From Escherichia phage vB_EcoD_SU57: a stretch of DNA of 46,150 nucleotides. A program made the translations under genes and the position numbers. Shown in pieces: positions 26,239 through 35,597 of this stretch; position 1 is the stretch's first letter; every line of letters starts with the position of its first letter. The notes beneath the pieces were generated by a model, which ran no database searches, was not told where the DNA came from, and saw nothing but the letters and a program-made list of their open reading frames with translations. The stretch lies in the sequence record MT511058.1; one strand, written 5' to 3'.

Positions 26239-26483
26239 TATTTCCACTCCTTACTTCCGTGATCAGCTACTGACCCACCGTAACCGCCACCGACCTTGCT
26301 TTCAATTCCAGCGTAGCGAATATCAACCTCACCCGCCGGAACAACTACACCGCCTTTCCACTTAGACACGCACACGCCGTTTGCTTGCGTTGCACACCAA
26401 CCATCCGGGCGAGGACCTGAAGAACAGCCCACAATCATGATTGCTGCTGCTGCGATGATTGCTGATTTGATTAATTTATTCAT
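26238..26483 (-). CDS. small lipoprotein, putative superinfection-exclusion protein (Cor/Llp-like role)
   Basis: signal peptide plus lipobox IVGC, two Cys in the mature part, paired with putative RBP gene. Confidence 0.5.
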   Translation of the reverse strand: MNKLIKSAIIAAAAIMIVGCSSGPRPDGWCATQANGVCVSKWKGGVVVPAGEVDIRYAGIESKVGGGYGGSVADHGSKEWK

Positions 26484-26523
26484 TTTGTATTCCTTAGTAA
26501 TTTCGTTTCGTTTCGATGGAGTA

Positions 26524-26569
26524 ATAATACAACCGTCAGTGAGGAATGTCTTTAGCTATTCGTGCTATT
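26524..26569 (-). promoter_or_regulatory. box (reverse orientation, AATAGCACGAATAGCTAAAG) with TATTAT hexamer at 23 nt
   Basis: upstream of the lipoprotein gene. Confidence 0.45.
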
Positions 26570-26670
26570 GTATACACGTAACCGATGTAACTCGATGTAT
26601 GCAATCTCATCCGCGGAAAATGATATACGCGCTGTTACGCAAATTTACGCATTGGTTACACTATAATATC

Positions 26671-26727
26671 TATATATATCAATCCTTTACTCTTATTATT
26701 ATTATTATATATATTACTATGTATATC
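26671..26727. repeat. AT-rich repeat block copy 2 (matches 125-180)
   Basis: direct sequence comparison. Confidence 0.6.
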
Positions 26728-27030
26728 ATGTAACTACTTATATAGAGTGTTCCGGTTATAATTTTAATATCATGTGGATTTATACAGTATTGCGCGGCAG
26801 CTATACCAATGCACCCTCAGCAATAAATGATATACACGATATACACACTAGTTACATTGAGCTATAGCTGGTCTGGGGTGCCAGAAAACGTAACTAGTGG
26901 CAATGCCTACACGGAATTACAAGGATTCACGCGTAAACTTGAATCAACGATTGGCGAAACCAATTGGACTGGCTACACTGCCGAATATATAGTTAACTCA
27001 TCGAAAGCAATCAACCAGAGAGATACAGAA

Positions 27031-27225
27031 ATGACCTACTACATTATCAAAGAGAAAAACAACGCACTGTTCGGCGACTGCTACTTTGGTGGCCCTGCTG
27101 GATACACCACAGATAAGAGCGAGGCCGACAGATTCGAGACTAAAGAAGAGGCCCGTGATGTACTGACCGGTTACTTCACTGAAGAAGATTTGAAGTCTGT
27201 TAAAGTAGTTAAGGTTAAGGAATAA
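27031..27225 (+). CDS. hypothetical protein (64 aa)
   Basis: internal ATG with AGAGAGA RBS and conserved TATAGTTAACTCATCGAAAG leader; upstream part of track ORF 26827 is promoter region. Confidence 0.45.
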   Translation: MTYYIIKEKNNALFGDCYFGGPAGYTTDKSEADRFETKEEARDVLTGYFTEEDLKSVKVVKVKE

Positions 27226-27228
27226 AAT

Positions 27229-27426
27229 ATGAAGGCTTTTATAGACATAAATAAGTCACCATACAACGACGAATCAGATCCAGAGGTAAGAATAAGGATA
27301 AAATTCGAAACTGGAAGAGAGATAAACATAACAACAACATGCTCTGGTATATCAAAAGCTATTATGGGATGCAGTGAAATCCCTGTAGATGTATCACTTA
27401 GAAACGTAGAGGTTAAGATAAAATGA
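27229..27426 (+). CDS. hypothetical protein (65 aa)
   Basis: ORF with AAGGAA RBS. Confidence 0.5.
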   Translation: MKAFIDINKSPYNDESDPEVRIRIKFETGREINITTTCSGISKAIMGCSEIPVDVSLRNVEVKIK

Positions 27427-28388
27427 CTTTCAGAGTTTACACACGAGAGGAACTAAGCAATGAGTCTTACCACTCCGAGACTGAACACATCTCCGGTAGC
27501 TCACTTGTTGAGATTATCCAGGGTTCTCCTGCGAAGTGGAAATTTAAGCAGCGAAATAATGATAGCAAGGCGCTTAAATTCGGAACGCTTAGTCACACGT
27601 ACATCCTGGAAGGTGACATGTTTGATAAAGAATACCTTCGAGCTACAGACCTTGACGCGATTGAAGGCTTAATTACAAGCCAGACAGGTTTAGCTTCAGC
27701 ACTTAAAAAAGTTGGTGTAGCTGGAACGTCAGGGAAGGGCTATAGCGAGCTTGTAGAGATGATGTATCGCTCCAGTGAGGATTGGCCTGTTAAATGGTTA
27801 ATTGAGCAACAAGATAGCTCTCAGGCGCTTGTGGAGGGCAAGGAGCTAGTTAGCGCATCAGATTACGACAAGGTTGTCTCGATGCGCGAGGTTCTTTGCA
27901 ACATTCCGGCATACAACGCAATAGTGAATAGTGAGACGGCGCAGAAAGAGTTATCAATCTTCGGTGAGATTCTTGGTATCGGAGTGAAGATTCGAATCGA
28001 CCACGTTGATGTTGTTGATGGTGTTGTCAAGATGACAGATTACAAAACGACCGCCGACGCAAGCCCGGAAGGATTCGGTAAGTCTGCATTCAATCACGGC
28101 TACCTTGCAAAAATGGCACTTCAGCGCGATCTGTTTGTGAAAGCATTTAACGAGAAGCGCAAGGTTGTTGTAGGATTGCTGGCGCAGGAGAAGGTGGAGC
28201 CATACCTACCAATGCTGTACACCTTGACGGATGAGCAGCTTCGAATCGGTCGCTTGCAGTATCTTGAGGCGTTGGCTACTTACAAGAAGTGCAAAGAGTT
28301 GGATATCTGGCCTGGCTACTCGAACGGCATTGCAGAGCAAGAATTGATGATTCCTGAGTGGGCTATTAAGCAGTACAAGGAAATCTAA
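27423..28388 (+). CDS. PD-(D/E)xK family exonuclease (recombination exonuclease, putative)
   Basis: RIDHVDVVDG...DYKT nuclease-like motifs; adjacent to Erf-like and SSB genes. Confidence 0.6.
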   Translation: MTFRVYTREELSNESYHSETEHISGSSLVEIIQGSPAKWKFKQRNNDSKALKFGTLSHTYILEGDMFDKEYLRATDLDAIEGLITSQTGLASALKKVGVAGTSGKGYSELVEMMYRSSEDWPVKWLIEQQDSSQALVEGKELVSASDYDKVVSMREVLCNIPAYNAIVNSETAQKELSIFGEILGIGVKIRIDHVDVVDGVVKMTDYKTTADASPEGFGKSAFNHGYLAKMALQRDLFVKAFNEKRKVVVGLLAQEKVEPYLPMLYTLTDEQLRIGRLQYLEALATYKKCKELDIWPGYSNGIAEQELMIPEWAIKQYKEI

Positions 28389-28432
28389 ATAGCACTAATC
28401 GATAAAGGCAAAATTAAAAGGTGGGGTATGAT
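28389..28432 (+). promoter_or_regulatory. box variant ATAGCACTAATCGATAAAG plus TATGAT at 22 nt
   Basis: fixed phasing; box directly follows stop of the exonuclease gene. Confidence 0.5.
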
Positions 28433-28461
28433 TACCCAATCAACAACGAACGAGGTTAAAG

Positions 28462-29112
28462 ATGAAAATTTCAGAATCATGCAAGTCAATTTTAAACGCT
28501 CTACACACCGCCAAATCGCTATTTGCGAAGGCTGAAAAATCAAAACAGAACTCACACCTCAAGAACAGATACAGCACCCTTGATGATGTTCTTGCCGCTG
28601 TAGAACCAGGCCTTGAAGAATGTGGTCTTGTAATGTTTCAGAGCGTAATTGATAGCGAAGCTACTGGACTGCTGAAGGTTGAAACGAAGTTGTTCCATGC
28701 GGAGTCAGGCGAATGGGTTAGCTTCTTAATGATTGTACCTATCAGCAAGAATGATGCTCAAGGTTACGGATCTGCGCTTACATATGCTCGACGGTATGGC
28801 ATCACAGCAGCTTTAGGACTTAGTCAGGCAGATGATGATGGCAATCTCGCAGCGAAAGGTGTTAAAGACTTTAAGCGCGAGCTTGAGAAGTGCAGCACTC
28901 TTGATGAGCTTCGTAACGTATGGAAAGAGGCTAAGCAATCACTCGACGCGGCAGGATGGAAGGTTTTCGAACCACATATCATCGAGCGTAAGGCAGAGAT
29001 TGAAGCAAATGCAGCAACTGGCTTCAACCCTGCCGCGCCTAAGAAAGTTGCAGAAAAAAGTAGTGATAAAGAAAAAATTGAAGTAGAATCACAACAAATC
29101 GACACATTCTAA
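28462..29112 (+). CDS. erf: Erf-like single-strand annealing protein
   Basis: LTYARRYG motif region typical of ERF-family recombinases; position with exonuclease and SSB. Confidence 0.65.
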   Translation: MKISESCKSILNALHTAKSLFAKAEKSKQNSHLKNRYSTLDDVLAAVEPGLEECGLVMFQSVIDSEATGLLKVETKLFHAESGEWVSFLMIVPISKNDAQGYGSALTYARRYGITAALGLSQADDDGNLAAKGVKDFKRELEKCSTLDELRNVWKEAKQSLDAAGWKVFEPHIIERKAEIEANAATGFNPAAPKKVAEKSSDKEKIEVESQQIDTF

Positions 29113-29153
29113 ACTTAACGGGGCTGCGGCCCCAGCCAATAGAGAGATGAAAC

Positions 29154-29591
29154 ATGCACGTAATTACTGGTCAGATTCGACGCGCTCCATTCACTAAAGA
29201 AGGTCAGAATGCTAATGGTACCTGGAAAATGTTTGCGGTTGATTTGAGTGAGCGATACAAAGATAAAGATGGTCAGACTCAGTATAGTAACTATCGCGCA
29301 GTCTTCTTCGCGAAAGAGTCAATGTTAGATTGGTATAATGAGGCATTTCAAGAAGGTAAAGTTGTTAGCGTTAGCGCAGAAAGCTTGTCTGTTGATGTTA
29401 GAGATAAAGATGGAAAGACTTACGTAACGGTTAACATGAACAACCCTCGACTTGAGTTTAGTCAGCGTGGTGACAATGTAGGTCAGCAACAGAATCAACA
29501 GAAGCCACAACAACAGCAACAACAGCAACAACAACAACAACAGCAACAACCGAAGCAACAACAGAACTTTGAGGATGACATCCCGTTCTGA
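29154..29591 (+). CDS. ssb: single-stranded DNA-binding protein with poly-Gln linker
   Basis: OB-fold-like N-terminus, Gln-rich linker, acidic C-terminal tail EDDIPF. Confidence 0.85.
   Translation: MHVITGQIRRAPFTKEGQNANGTWKMFAVDLSERYKDKDGQTQYSNYRAVFFAKESMLDWYNEAFQEGKVVSVSAESLSVDVRDKDGKTYVTVNMNNPRLEFSQRGDNVGQQQNQQKPQQQQQQQQQQQQQQPKQQQNFEDDIPF
29484..29565 (+). repeat. CAA/CAG simple-sequence tract encoding poly-Q in SSB
   Basis: 14 consecutive Gln codons plus flanking Gln-rich codons. Confidence 0.8.
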
Positions 29592-29595
29592 TAAA

Positions 29596-29623
29596 AGATA
29601 AGGCCCCTTTCGGGGCCTTTTTT
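29596..29623. terminator. bidirectional terminator (AGGCCCC TTTC GGGGCCT flanked by A and T runs)
   Basis: hairpin between convergent SSB and tail fiber genes. Confidence 0.65.
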
Positions 29624-29624
29624 A

Positions 29625-31958
29625 TTAACCTATTTTAGTGTAAGTCCATTGGTATGTTGCAGTGCCCTGGGCAGTTATCCCGACAGTTCTTCCACTTACA
29701 TCCATTGAAGTGAAGGCGCCAGTTTTTGTAATTGTTATTGATGATGACGTACCATCAAAAAGAACATCAGCAATTACACTATAGTTAGGCCCTGCACCAG
29801 TAACCCAGGTCGAAACCTTGTATAAACCTGCGTTGTTTGGCAACTCAAAAAGACCAGCTGAAACATTAGCCTGAACAGCCATAGCACCCTTTCCGGTGTA
29901 TACGCCGTCAGTTTTAAGTCCTAATGATGAATATGTTTGCTTATAACCGCCAACAATTATTCCACCCATTGGTTCAGTAAACCAGTTCACATTACCCTGG
30001 CTAACAACCGATACCGCAGGAGCACCACCCTTAGCTGACTGGAACCTGCCGCTTAAAATGTCAATTCTAGATGCTGAGTCCTGGGCGTAGATAGTTACAG
30101 GGTATCCACCAGTTCCAGTGTAAACCAAGCCGTCATTTCCAATGTCATCTTCTGAAGAGTCAATAATGACATGAGAAGTTCCAGATGCCTTGATGTACGA
30201 AACAACTCCACCAGAACCGCCTCCTGTTGTTCTAACTTCGTTCTTCCATGATGTTAGACCTGAAATTCTGCCGTTTGAGTTATTAAACCTAATTAGGCAA
30301 CAGTCTTGCGAACCGTTGGTGTTAATGATGTTACCCTCAACATCCATGCCTAAAATGTTTACGCTATGACTGTTAATGAAGTCAATCCCAGCCCCGCCGT
30401 AAGAGCCTGATGTTGATGATATATCACTTGCATCCATTGCACAGTTAATCATCGTAACGCTCATTACCGAACCAAACTCATAAGGTGAAACGCAACCTGA
30501 TGCATAACAAGTCTCAAGCAATATCGTAGTTCCGGTCGCCTTGATGAATCCAGTTTTGCAATTCCTGGCCCAAACATTCTGCAACTTTGTCTGGTATGTT
30601 CCAGTGGTGTCAGTGTAGCAACCCCATGCGCCATGTACCGTGCAATCCTTGATGCATGAATTTTCTAGCCCTGTAGATGATCCAACATTAGAAACGAAGT
30701 TAAATGCTATCTTTTGATCATTACCTGATGCTAGGGTAGGCGTGTCTCCTGGATTATAAAAAATGTAAAGACCTTCAATAAATATTTGATACATTCTTAT
30801 GTTTTGTGCATCACCCTGAACCAGTGCAAAAAGGTTAATGTTCCCATCAACTGAGATGAATGTTTGCGCCCTGTTTATTTGGCTTGTCCCCTCACCAATA
30901 ATTCTCGTGCTGTTGCCAATCCTTACAGTCCTGTTAATAAACATAAATCCTTTTGGTATGTATACCGTTTTGCCAGTATTAACCGCCGCCTGAAGCGCAA
31001 CTGCGTCAAGTGACTCGTTAAGGTTTGATGCAAACGGATAAACAAACCGTGCAGCCTCAATTGTCGAGAATTTAGATGATAGCGGAACTAAAGTGCCATT
31101 GTTTGTAGCACCAAAATCCATGACGTTAACAAAGTCACCAAGTTTTGATTCCACACTTCTAACTACTGATGATATATTATTCAGCTTGAAGTTAATCATT
31201 GATGAGCCGTTATCATTCTCAAGATTTTTTAGAACCCTTCCGCTGGAAAGGAGCCTCCAGCCAGTATCATCATCTATACCGCCGGTTCCTTCTGGAGTTG
31301 ATCCTTGCGGGACAACCTTAGGGAATGCTCCAGACCACACATAAACAGAAGAGTTCTCAATGTCTATGATTTGCTGAGAATCACCCTGAAGAGTAACGCC
31401 ACCTTGAAAGCTACCAACTAAAGCTCCTGAAACTGATGCTGCTGCACTCTGAGCAGTGCTTGCAGAGTTGCTTGCAGACAATGCGGAACTAGAAGCGGAA
31501 TCCTTGTCACTCGCAACCTGGGCGGCATCATTTGAAACCTGCGCACCAATTGAAATTACTTCACCATACTGCGTGTTAACCTGCGAAACCTTTGTGCTAA
31601 AGTCATTTGCATCAAAGTTTTTGAAAGCATCAACAGCATCTGAAACCTCAGTTTCACGTGACTGATAGTAACGAAGAGTTTCCGCAACATCCTGAGCTAG
31701 CCCCTGAACGGTAATTCCATCATGCGCAAGGATGGCGTAACCAGTTCCAGCAGGAACAGTTTCGGAGTTAGGGTTGTAAACATTAATCTGCGTATCGCTG
31801 ATAATTTCTGAGATGGTGTAAATCTGTACTGGTTCAGTTTTAAATACAATGGTTGCACCTACACGAATCAGTGTAAGAGGTGCTTTCCATGTTGTCCCGA
31901 CGCCAGTCACCTCACCACTTGCTGCTAGAGAAGCTGTTCCTGAGTCATAAATTGCCAT
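29625..31958 (-). CDS. lateral tail fiber / tailspike-like protein (777 aa)
   Basis: N-terminal fiber-anchor-like region and Ser/Ala-rich linker, long beta-rich C-terminal domain; start at ATG 31958 after GGAG. Confidence 0.6.
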   Translation of the reverse strand: MAIYDSGTASLAASGEVTGVGTTWKAPLTLIRVGATIVFKTEPVQIYTISEIISDTQINVYNPNSETVPAGTGYAILAHDGITVQGLAQDVAETLRYYQSRETEVSDAVDAFKNFDANDFSTKVSQVNTQYGEVISIGAQVSNDAAQVASDKDSASSSALSASNSASTAQSAAASVSGALVGSFQGGVTLQGDSQQIIDIENSSVYVWSGAFPKVVPQGSTPEGTGGIDDDTGWRLLSSGRVLKNLENDNGSSMINFKLNNISSVVRSVESKLGDFVNVMDFGATNNGTLVPLSSKFSTIEAARFVYPFASNLNESLDAVALQAAVNTGKTVYIPKGFMFINRTVRIGNSTRIIGEGTSQINRAQTFISVDGNINLFALVQGDAQNIRMYQIFIEGLYIFYNPGDTPTLASGNDQKIAFNFVSNVGSSTGLENSCIKDCTVHGAWGCYTDTTGTYQTKLQNVWARNCKTGFIKATGTTILLETCYASGCVSPYEFGSVMSVTMINCAMDASDISSTSGSYGGAGIDFINSHSVNILGMDVEGNIINTNGSQDCCLIRFNNSNGRISGLTSWKNEVRTTGGGSGGVVSYIKASGTSHVIIDSSEDDIGNDGLVYTGTGGYPVTIYAQDSASRIDILSGRFQSAKGGAPAVSVVSQGNVNWFTEPMGGIIVGGYKQTYSSLGLKTDGVYTGKGAMAVQANVSAGLFELPNNAGLYKVSTWVTGAGPNYSVIADVLFDGTSSSITITKTGAFTSMDVSGRTVGITAQGTATYQWTYTKIG

Positions 31959-31981
31959 TGTGTAGAGTCTCCATTTGTAAA

Positions 31982-32025
31982 ATAGCACGAATTGCTAAAG
32001 TGGATTGTAGCATCTTTGAGTCATA
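31982..32025 (+). promoter_or_regulatory. perfect consensus box ATAGCACGAATTGCTAAAG on + strand, pointing away from adjacent reverse-strand tail fiber gene; weak hexamer GTCATA at 22 nt
   Basis: only copy oriented against its neighbouring gene. Confidence 0.4.
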
Positions 32026-32045
32026 AAAAAACCTCCCGTAGGAGG
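32024..32045 (-). terminator. rho-independent terminator for reverse-strand primase gene (CCTCC CGTA GGAGG, T-run on - strand)
   Basis: hairpin adjacent to primase stop codon. Confidence 0.55.
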
Positions 32046-32969
32046 TTAGTCTAGCAATTCGCTTGCCTTGTATATTCGCTTTCTTATGCCTGACTTGAAA
32101 AAATTATCATCATTTGGCACTACCACATCAAGATCGCGATCGTCAGCAACGGCGAGTAAATCAAAAGCGTGGCGAGTGCAAGCGATGCGTAACTTGTATT
32201 TTCTAAGCGAGTAAGCAACCATTTCCATGTTGTAGCTGGAGTAGCAAACAAGCACGCAGCGGTTGCCAGTAGCAAGATGAACGCGAACACCATCAATCCA
32301 ATTATCGACAAGATAAGCGTACTCATCATTTTTAAAGGTGCCAATAACAGCAACAGACTGGCGAGTATAATCTTTTGCAGCATAACTAACATCTCCCTCC
32401 TCATTGATAAACATTACATTGCACATCTCTTCTGATATTCCGTCACTATAAGCCATAAAGCACGGAACGGCGTGGATTAATTCACCTGATTTCGTCCTGC
32501 CAACATCAAAACCGAACTCGCTATAGATACCCTCGTATGTACTGAGAGGAGTTGATTCTACTCTTTCCGTCCTTTCCATTATCTCTAAGCATCTTTCGTG
32601 GTCAATCTGAGCGCCCATTTTGTATAGCTTGGTTCTTGATGCTTGCTTGTTTGCCTTATTAACAACTTCTACTGGAATAAGGTTTAGCCACTCACCGAGA
32701 ACGTCGATACATTCACTGAATGACTCTCCTCGCATCTTCTGTAACCACAAAATTCCATCGCCTGAGCCGCACTGGTTGCAGATAATTCCACCATCACCTT
32801 CCTCGCTAACCTTGTTGGTCCACCTAGCCCTGTCGTTGCCACCGCAATAAATGCATGGTTGATGCTTCTTAGTCTGGAAGAACTTTGGGTCAGCGCCGCA
32901 GATGTTGATAAGCGCCTTATCCCACAAGCCGCGCATTCTTGGTAAAACCTCTTTCTTATCGTAGTGCAT
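32046..32969 (-). CDS. DNA primase (putative; Zn-ribbon CxxC..CxxC plus Toprim-like region)
   Basis: CIYCGGNDRARW...CNQCGSG zinc-binding motif; position next to helicase. Confidence 0.5.
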   Translation of the reverse strand: MHYDKKEVLPRMRGLWDKALINICGADPKFFQTKKHQPCIYCGGNDRARWTNKVSEEGDGGIICNQCGSGDGILWLQKMRGESFSECIDVLGEWLNLIPVEVVNKANKQASRTKLYKMGAQIDHERCLEIMERTERVESTPLSTYEGIYSEFGFDVGRTKSGELIHAVPCFMAYSDGISEEMCNVMFINEEGDVSYAAKDYTRQSVAVIGTFKNDEYAYLVDNWIDGVRVHLATGNRCVLVCYSSYNMEMVAYSLRKYKLRIACTRHAFDLLAVADDRDLDVVVPNDDNFFKSGIRKRIYKASELLD

Positions 32970-33026
32970 ATCAATCTATCTCTTAACAAATAAAAAGGAT
33001 GTACCGATTATGGCACATCCAATTCT

Positions 33027-33500
33027 TTACTCTTTAGCTTTTCGTGCTGCTTCGTTAGCGGCCTTAATCTTGCGCCATGATCGACACTCTGGCTTGGTGG
33101 CTAATTCAGCCTCAGTTACCACACGCAGCATGTGACGCTTTTTGCAACGCAGCGTAAGAGGCTTGCCATTACCGTCGAATTGCAGATCTGGTCGGCAGAA
33201 TGTTGCGCGAAAACCTTCTCCAGTTCGTTTGTAGTAGTTGTGCGAAAGCTGAGCACCACGTGCAGAAATCATACCACGATTAAACCATTCTTCTACAGTC
33301 TGGGGCGTTACCTTTAACTGCTTTGCGATATTCGCCTTTGTACCGAAGAAATCAAGGACAATCTCCAGCCGTGCGCGTAATCCAGCCCTTACTTCATCCT
33401 TTAAAACGTAGTAGCCTGAAGGTCGTTTACGTTGTTTTTTGTCTTTAGTGCGGATGGTTCCATTGTTCCCGTTGATTGTTCTCTTGTCGACTGTATTCAT
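33027..33500 (-). CDS. HTH DNA-binding protein (putative transcription regulator), basic
   Basis: helix-turn-helix-like segment IAKQLKVTPQTVEEWFNRG; Lys/Arg-rich termini. Confidence 0.5.
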   Translation of the reverse strand: MNTVDKRTINGNNGTIRTKDKKQRKRPSGYYVLKDEVRAGLRARLEIVLDFFGTKANIAKQLKVTPQTVEEWFNRGMISARGAQLSHNYYKRTGEGFRATFCRPDLQFDGNGKPLTLRCKKRHMLRVVTEAELATKPECRSWRKIKAANEAARKAKE

Positions 33501-33511
33501 TTAATTACCTC

Positions 33512-33556
33512 AATAGCATTTTTTGTTAAAAGTCATTCCGATTTGATGGTAGTATT
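33512..33556 (+). promoter_or_regulatory. box variant AATAGCATTTTTTGTTAAAAG upstream of helicase gene (weak hexamer)
   Basis: same variant as the reverse copy at 42428; divergent region with regulator gene. Confidence 0.4.
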
Positions 33557-33601
33557 GTACTCAATTAAACGCTACAAGACAATTTTTATAGGAATTTAGA
33601 T

Positions 33602-35596
33602 ATGTTGCCTATCGAGAAGCTGGTTGCCAACTTCGATAAAGAAAGAATTAAACAGATTCAAAAATATTATCAGTTTGGAGAGATAACCCCTTACGAGTTC
33701 CAGTGCGTTACATTTGATGCAATTGGAAAGGCCATTGGAAAGTACGAGGCTCCATTTATCGCGGACCTTTCCGTGTCTGCGGGTAAGACAATCATTCTGG
33801 CTATGATTGGTAAGCGCATGGAGCAGCTTGGGCTTCCTTACATGGTTCTTTCTCGCCAGTCAGAAATTATCAGCCAGAACTCGGAGGAACTTCGCAATTT
33901 CGGCATCCGTAACAGCGTCTATTGCGCTGGCCTTAACGTTAAATCAGTTTACTACCCAACCATAGTTGCCAGTGAGGGTACGGCAGCTAACGGCTTATTT
34001 AAGGGTCTTGGTGACTATGTTCCGGCAGTTATCGCTATCGATGAATGTCACATGCTTGATGCTATGGATATCGTTGAAGCCGAGGAGAACGAAGAAACAT
34101 TTGAGCAAATGAGCACAAAGAAAGGTGAGATGGTATTTAAGGATGGTGTTAATACCGGGTTGCTTGGCACTGGTCGCGCGCAGTACACGCTAATCATTAC
34201 CGAGATGAAACGTCGTTGTCGTGAGAAGTACGGGCGAGAGCTTCGTATATTCGGTCTTACTGGCAGCCCATATCGCAACAACGACCACATAGTCGTTAGT
34301 AATCCTAATATCCGTGGTTTCTGGCGCAAAACAATTATTCAGGTACCGACCAATTACCTGGTTGATTTGGGGTTCGTTGTACCAACAGTTTACGGTGAAG
34401 TTGGTGATTTGGGCTATGACCTTGCTGAGTTTACGCCAGATGGCTCTGACGGGATTAAAGACTTCACGAAGAAAGACTTAAACGCAATGGAGGAGAAGAT
34501 TCACCAAAACCAATCTATGACACAAAAGATTATGCAATTTGCAGCCAAGTTCATGGAGACAAGGAACGCGGCACTTGTTACCTGTTCTGGTAAGCGTCAT
34601 TGCGAGGAAGCAGCAGCAGCGCTTCCTGAGGGTGTGACCTGGGCTATAGTAACTGACTCTACAGGTGAGAAAAAGCGCCGTGAGATTCTAGCCGATGCAT
34701 ATGAGGGTAAGTATAAATTCATATTTCAGATCGGCTGCCTCACAACCGGCGTGAACGTCCCACCCTGGGATACATCAATCATTCTGCGTAAAGTTGGTAG
34801 TATCACTCTTCTTATTCAGCTTTTGGGGCGAGGCATGCGAATTCTTAAGAAGAAGCATAAAGAAATGGGAATGATTAAGGAAGATCACGTGGTACTAGAC
34901 TTCGCTGGCACCCTTGATGATATGGCGGAATTGTACTTTGACCCAATCATAGAGGAGGTGCAGGACCAGAAGTTTAAATCATCCCGCAAAGGCGGCGATG
35001 AGCCGAGGGTTTGTCCAGCATGCAGCTATGAGAACTCTCCGTTCGCCCGTCGATGCAATAACGTAATTAATGGGAAGCGTTGCGAGCATTTTTTTACATT
35101 TCGCTTGTGTGAAGATATAGAGGACCCGCAGACAAAAGTTATTATTAAGAAAGGTTGTAGTGAGAAGAATGATATTGCTGCTAAAAACTGTCGATGCTGC
35201 GGCGAGATGCTAATAGACCCGAACGCAAAGCTATCTGGGAAAATGTATCGTAAAGGCGACTGGTTGCGAGTCTATGACTTTAAGATTGGATTAACAAAGA
35301 ATCAAACAGGGATTGTTGCCTCATACGAGGTCATGGCTCATAGTGGAGATAGGTTCCGAGCCTATGAGTCGTTTTTCCCAGAGTCAGACCATCGCGTTTG
35401 CTCTGTAAAATGGAAAGCATTTTGCTCGGCTCACATAGAGAACAGGACTGAGGCTTTTAGAATTGGCAGGTTGCGTAATGCTAAGATGATTATGACTAAT
35501 GCTCACCTTTTCCGTGCGCCATTAAGGATTACACACCGTAAGAACCAGAAGTCTCAAGATATTATCGCAAACAAATCTTTTACTATGGAGGATTGA
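33602..35596 (+). CDS. superfamily 2 helicase with C-terminal Cys-rich zinc-finger region
   Basis: Walker A SAGKT, DECH box, QLLGRGMR motif VI, multiple CxxC pairs. Confidence 0.8.
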   Translation: MLPIEKLVANFDKERIKQIQKYYQFGEITPYEFQCVTFDAIGKAIGKYEAPFIADLSVSAGKTIILAMIGKRMEQLGLPYMVLSRQSEIISQNSEELRNFGIRNSVYCAGLNVKSVYYPTIVASEGTAANGLFKGLGDYVPAVIAIDECHMLDAMDIVEAEENEETFEQMSTKKGEMVFKDGVNTGLLGTGRAQYTLIITEMKRRCREKYGRELRIFGLTGSPYRNNDHIVVSNPNIRGFWRKTIIQVPTNYLVDLGFVVPTVYGEVGDLGYDLAEFTPDGSDGIKDFTKKDLNAMEEKIHQNQSMTQKIMQFAAKFMETRNAALVTCSGKRHCEEAAAALPEGVTWAIVTDSTGEKKRREILADAYEGKYKFIFQIGCLTTGVNVPPWDTSIILRKVGSITLLIQLLGRGMRILKKKHKEMGMIKEDHVVLDFAGTLDDMAELYFDPIIEEVQDQKFKSSRKGGDEPRVCPACSYENSPFARRCNNVINGKRCEHFFTFRLCEDIEDPQTKVIIKKGCSEKNDIAAKNCRCCGEMLIDPNAKLSGKMYRKGDWLRVYDFKIGLTKNQTGIVASYEVMAHSGDRFRAYESFFPESDHRVCSVKWKAFCSAHIENRTEAFRIGRLRNAKMIMTNAHLFRAPLRITHRKNQKSQDIIANKSFTMED

Positions 35597-35597
35597 T

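Noticed and set aside
26827-27225. Track ORF of 132 aa starting at 26827
   Set aside because: Its 5-prime two-thirds overlap the AT-rich repeat and promoter-like leader; a conserved leader and RBS precede the internal ATG at 27031, so only 27031-27225 is called.
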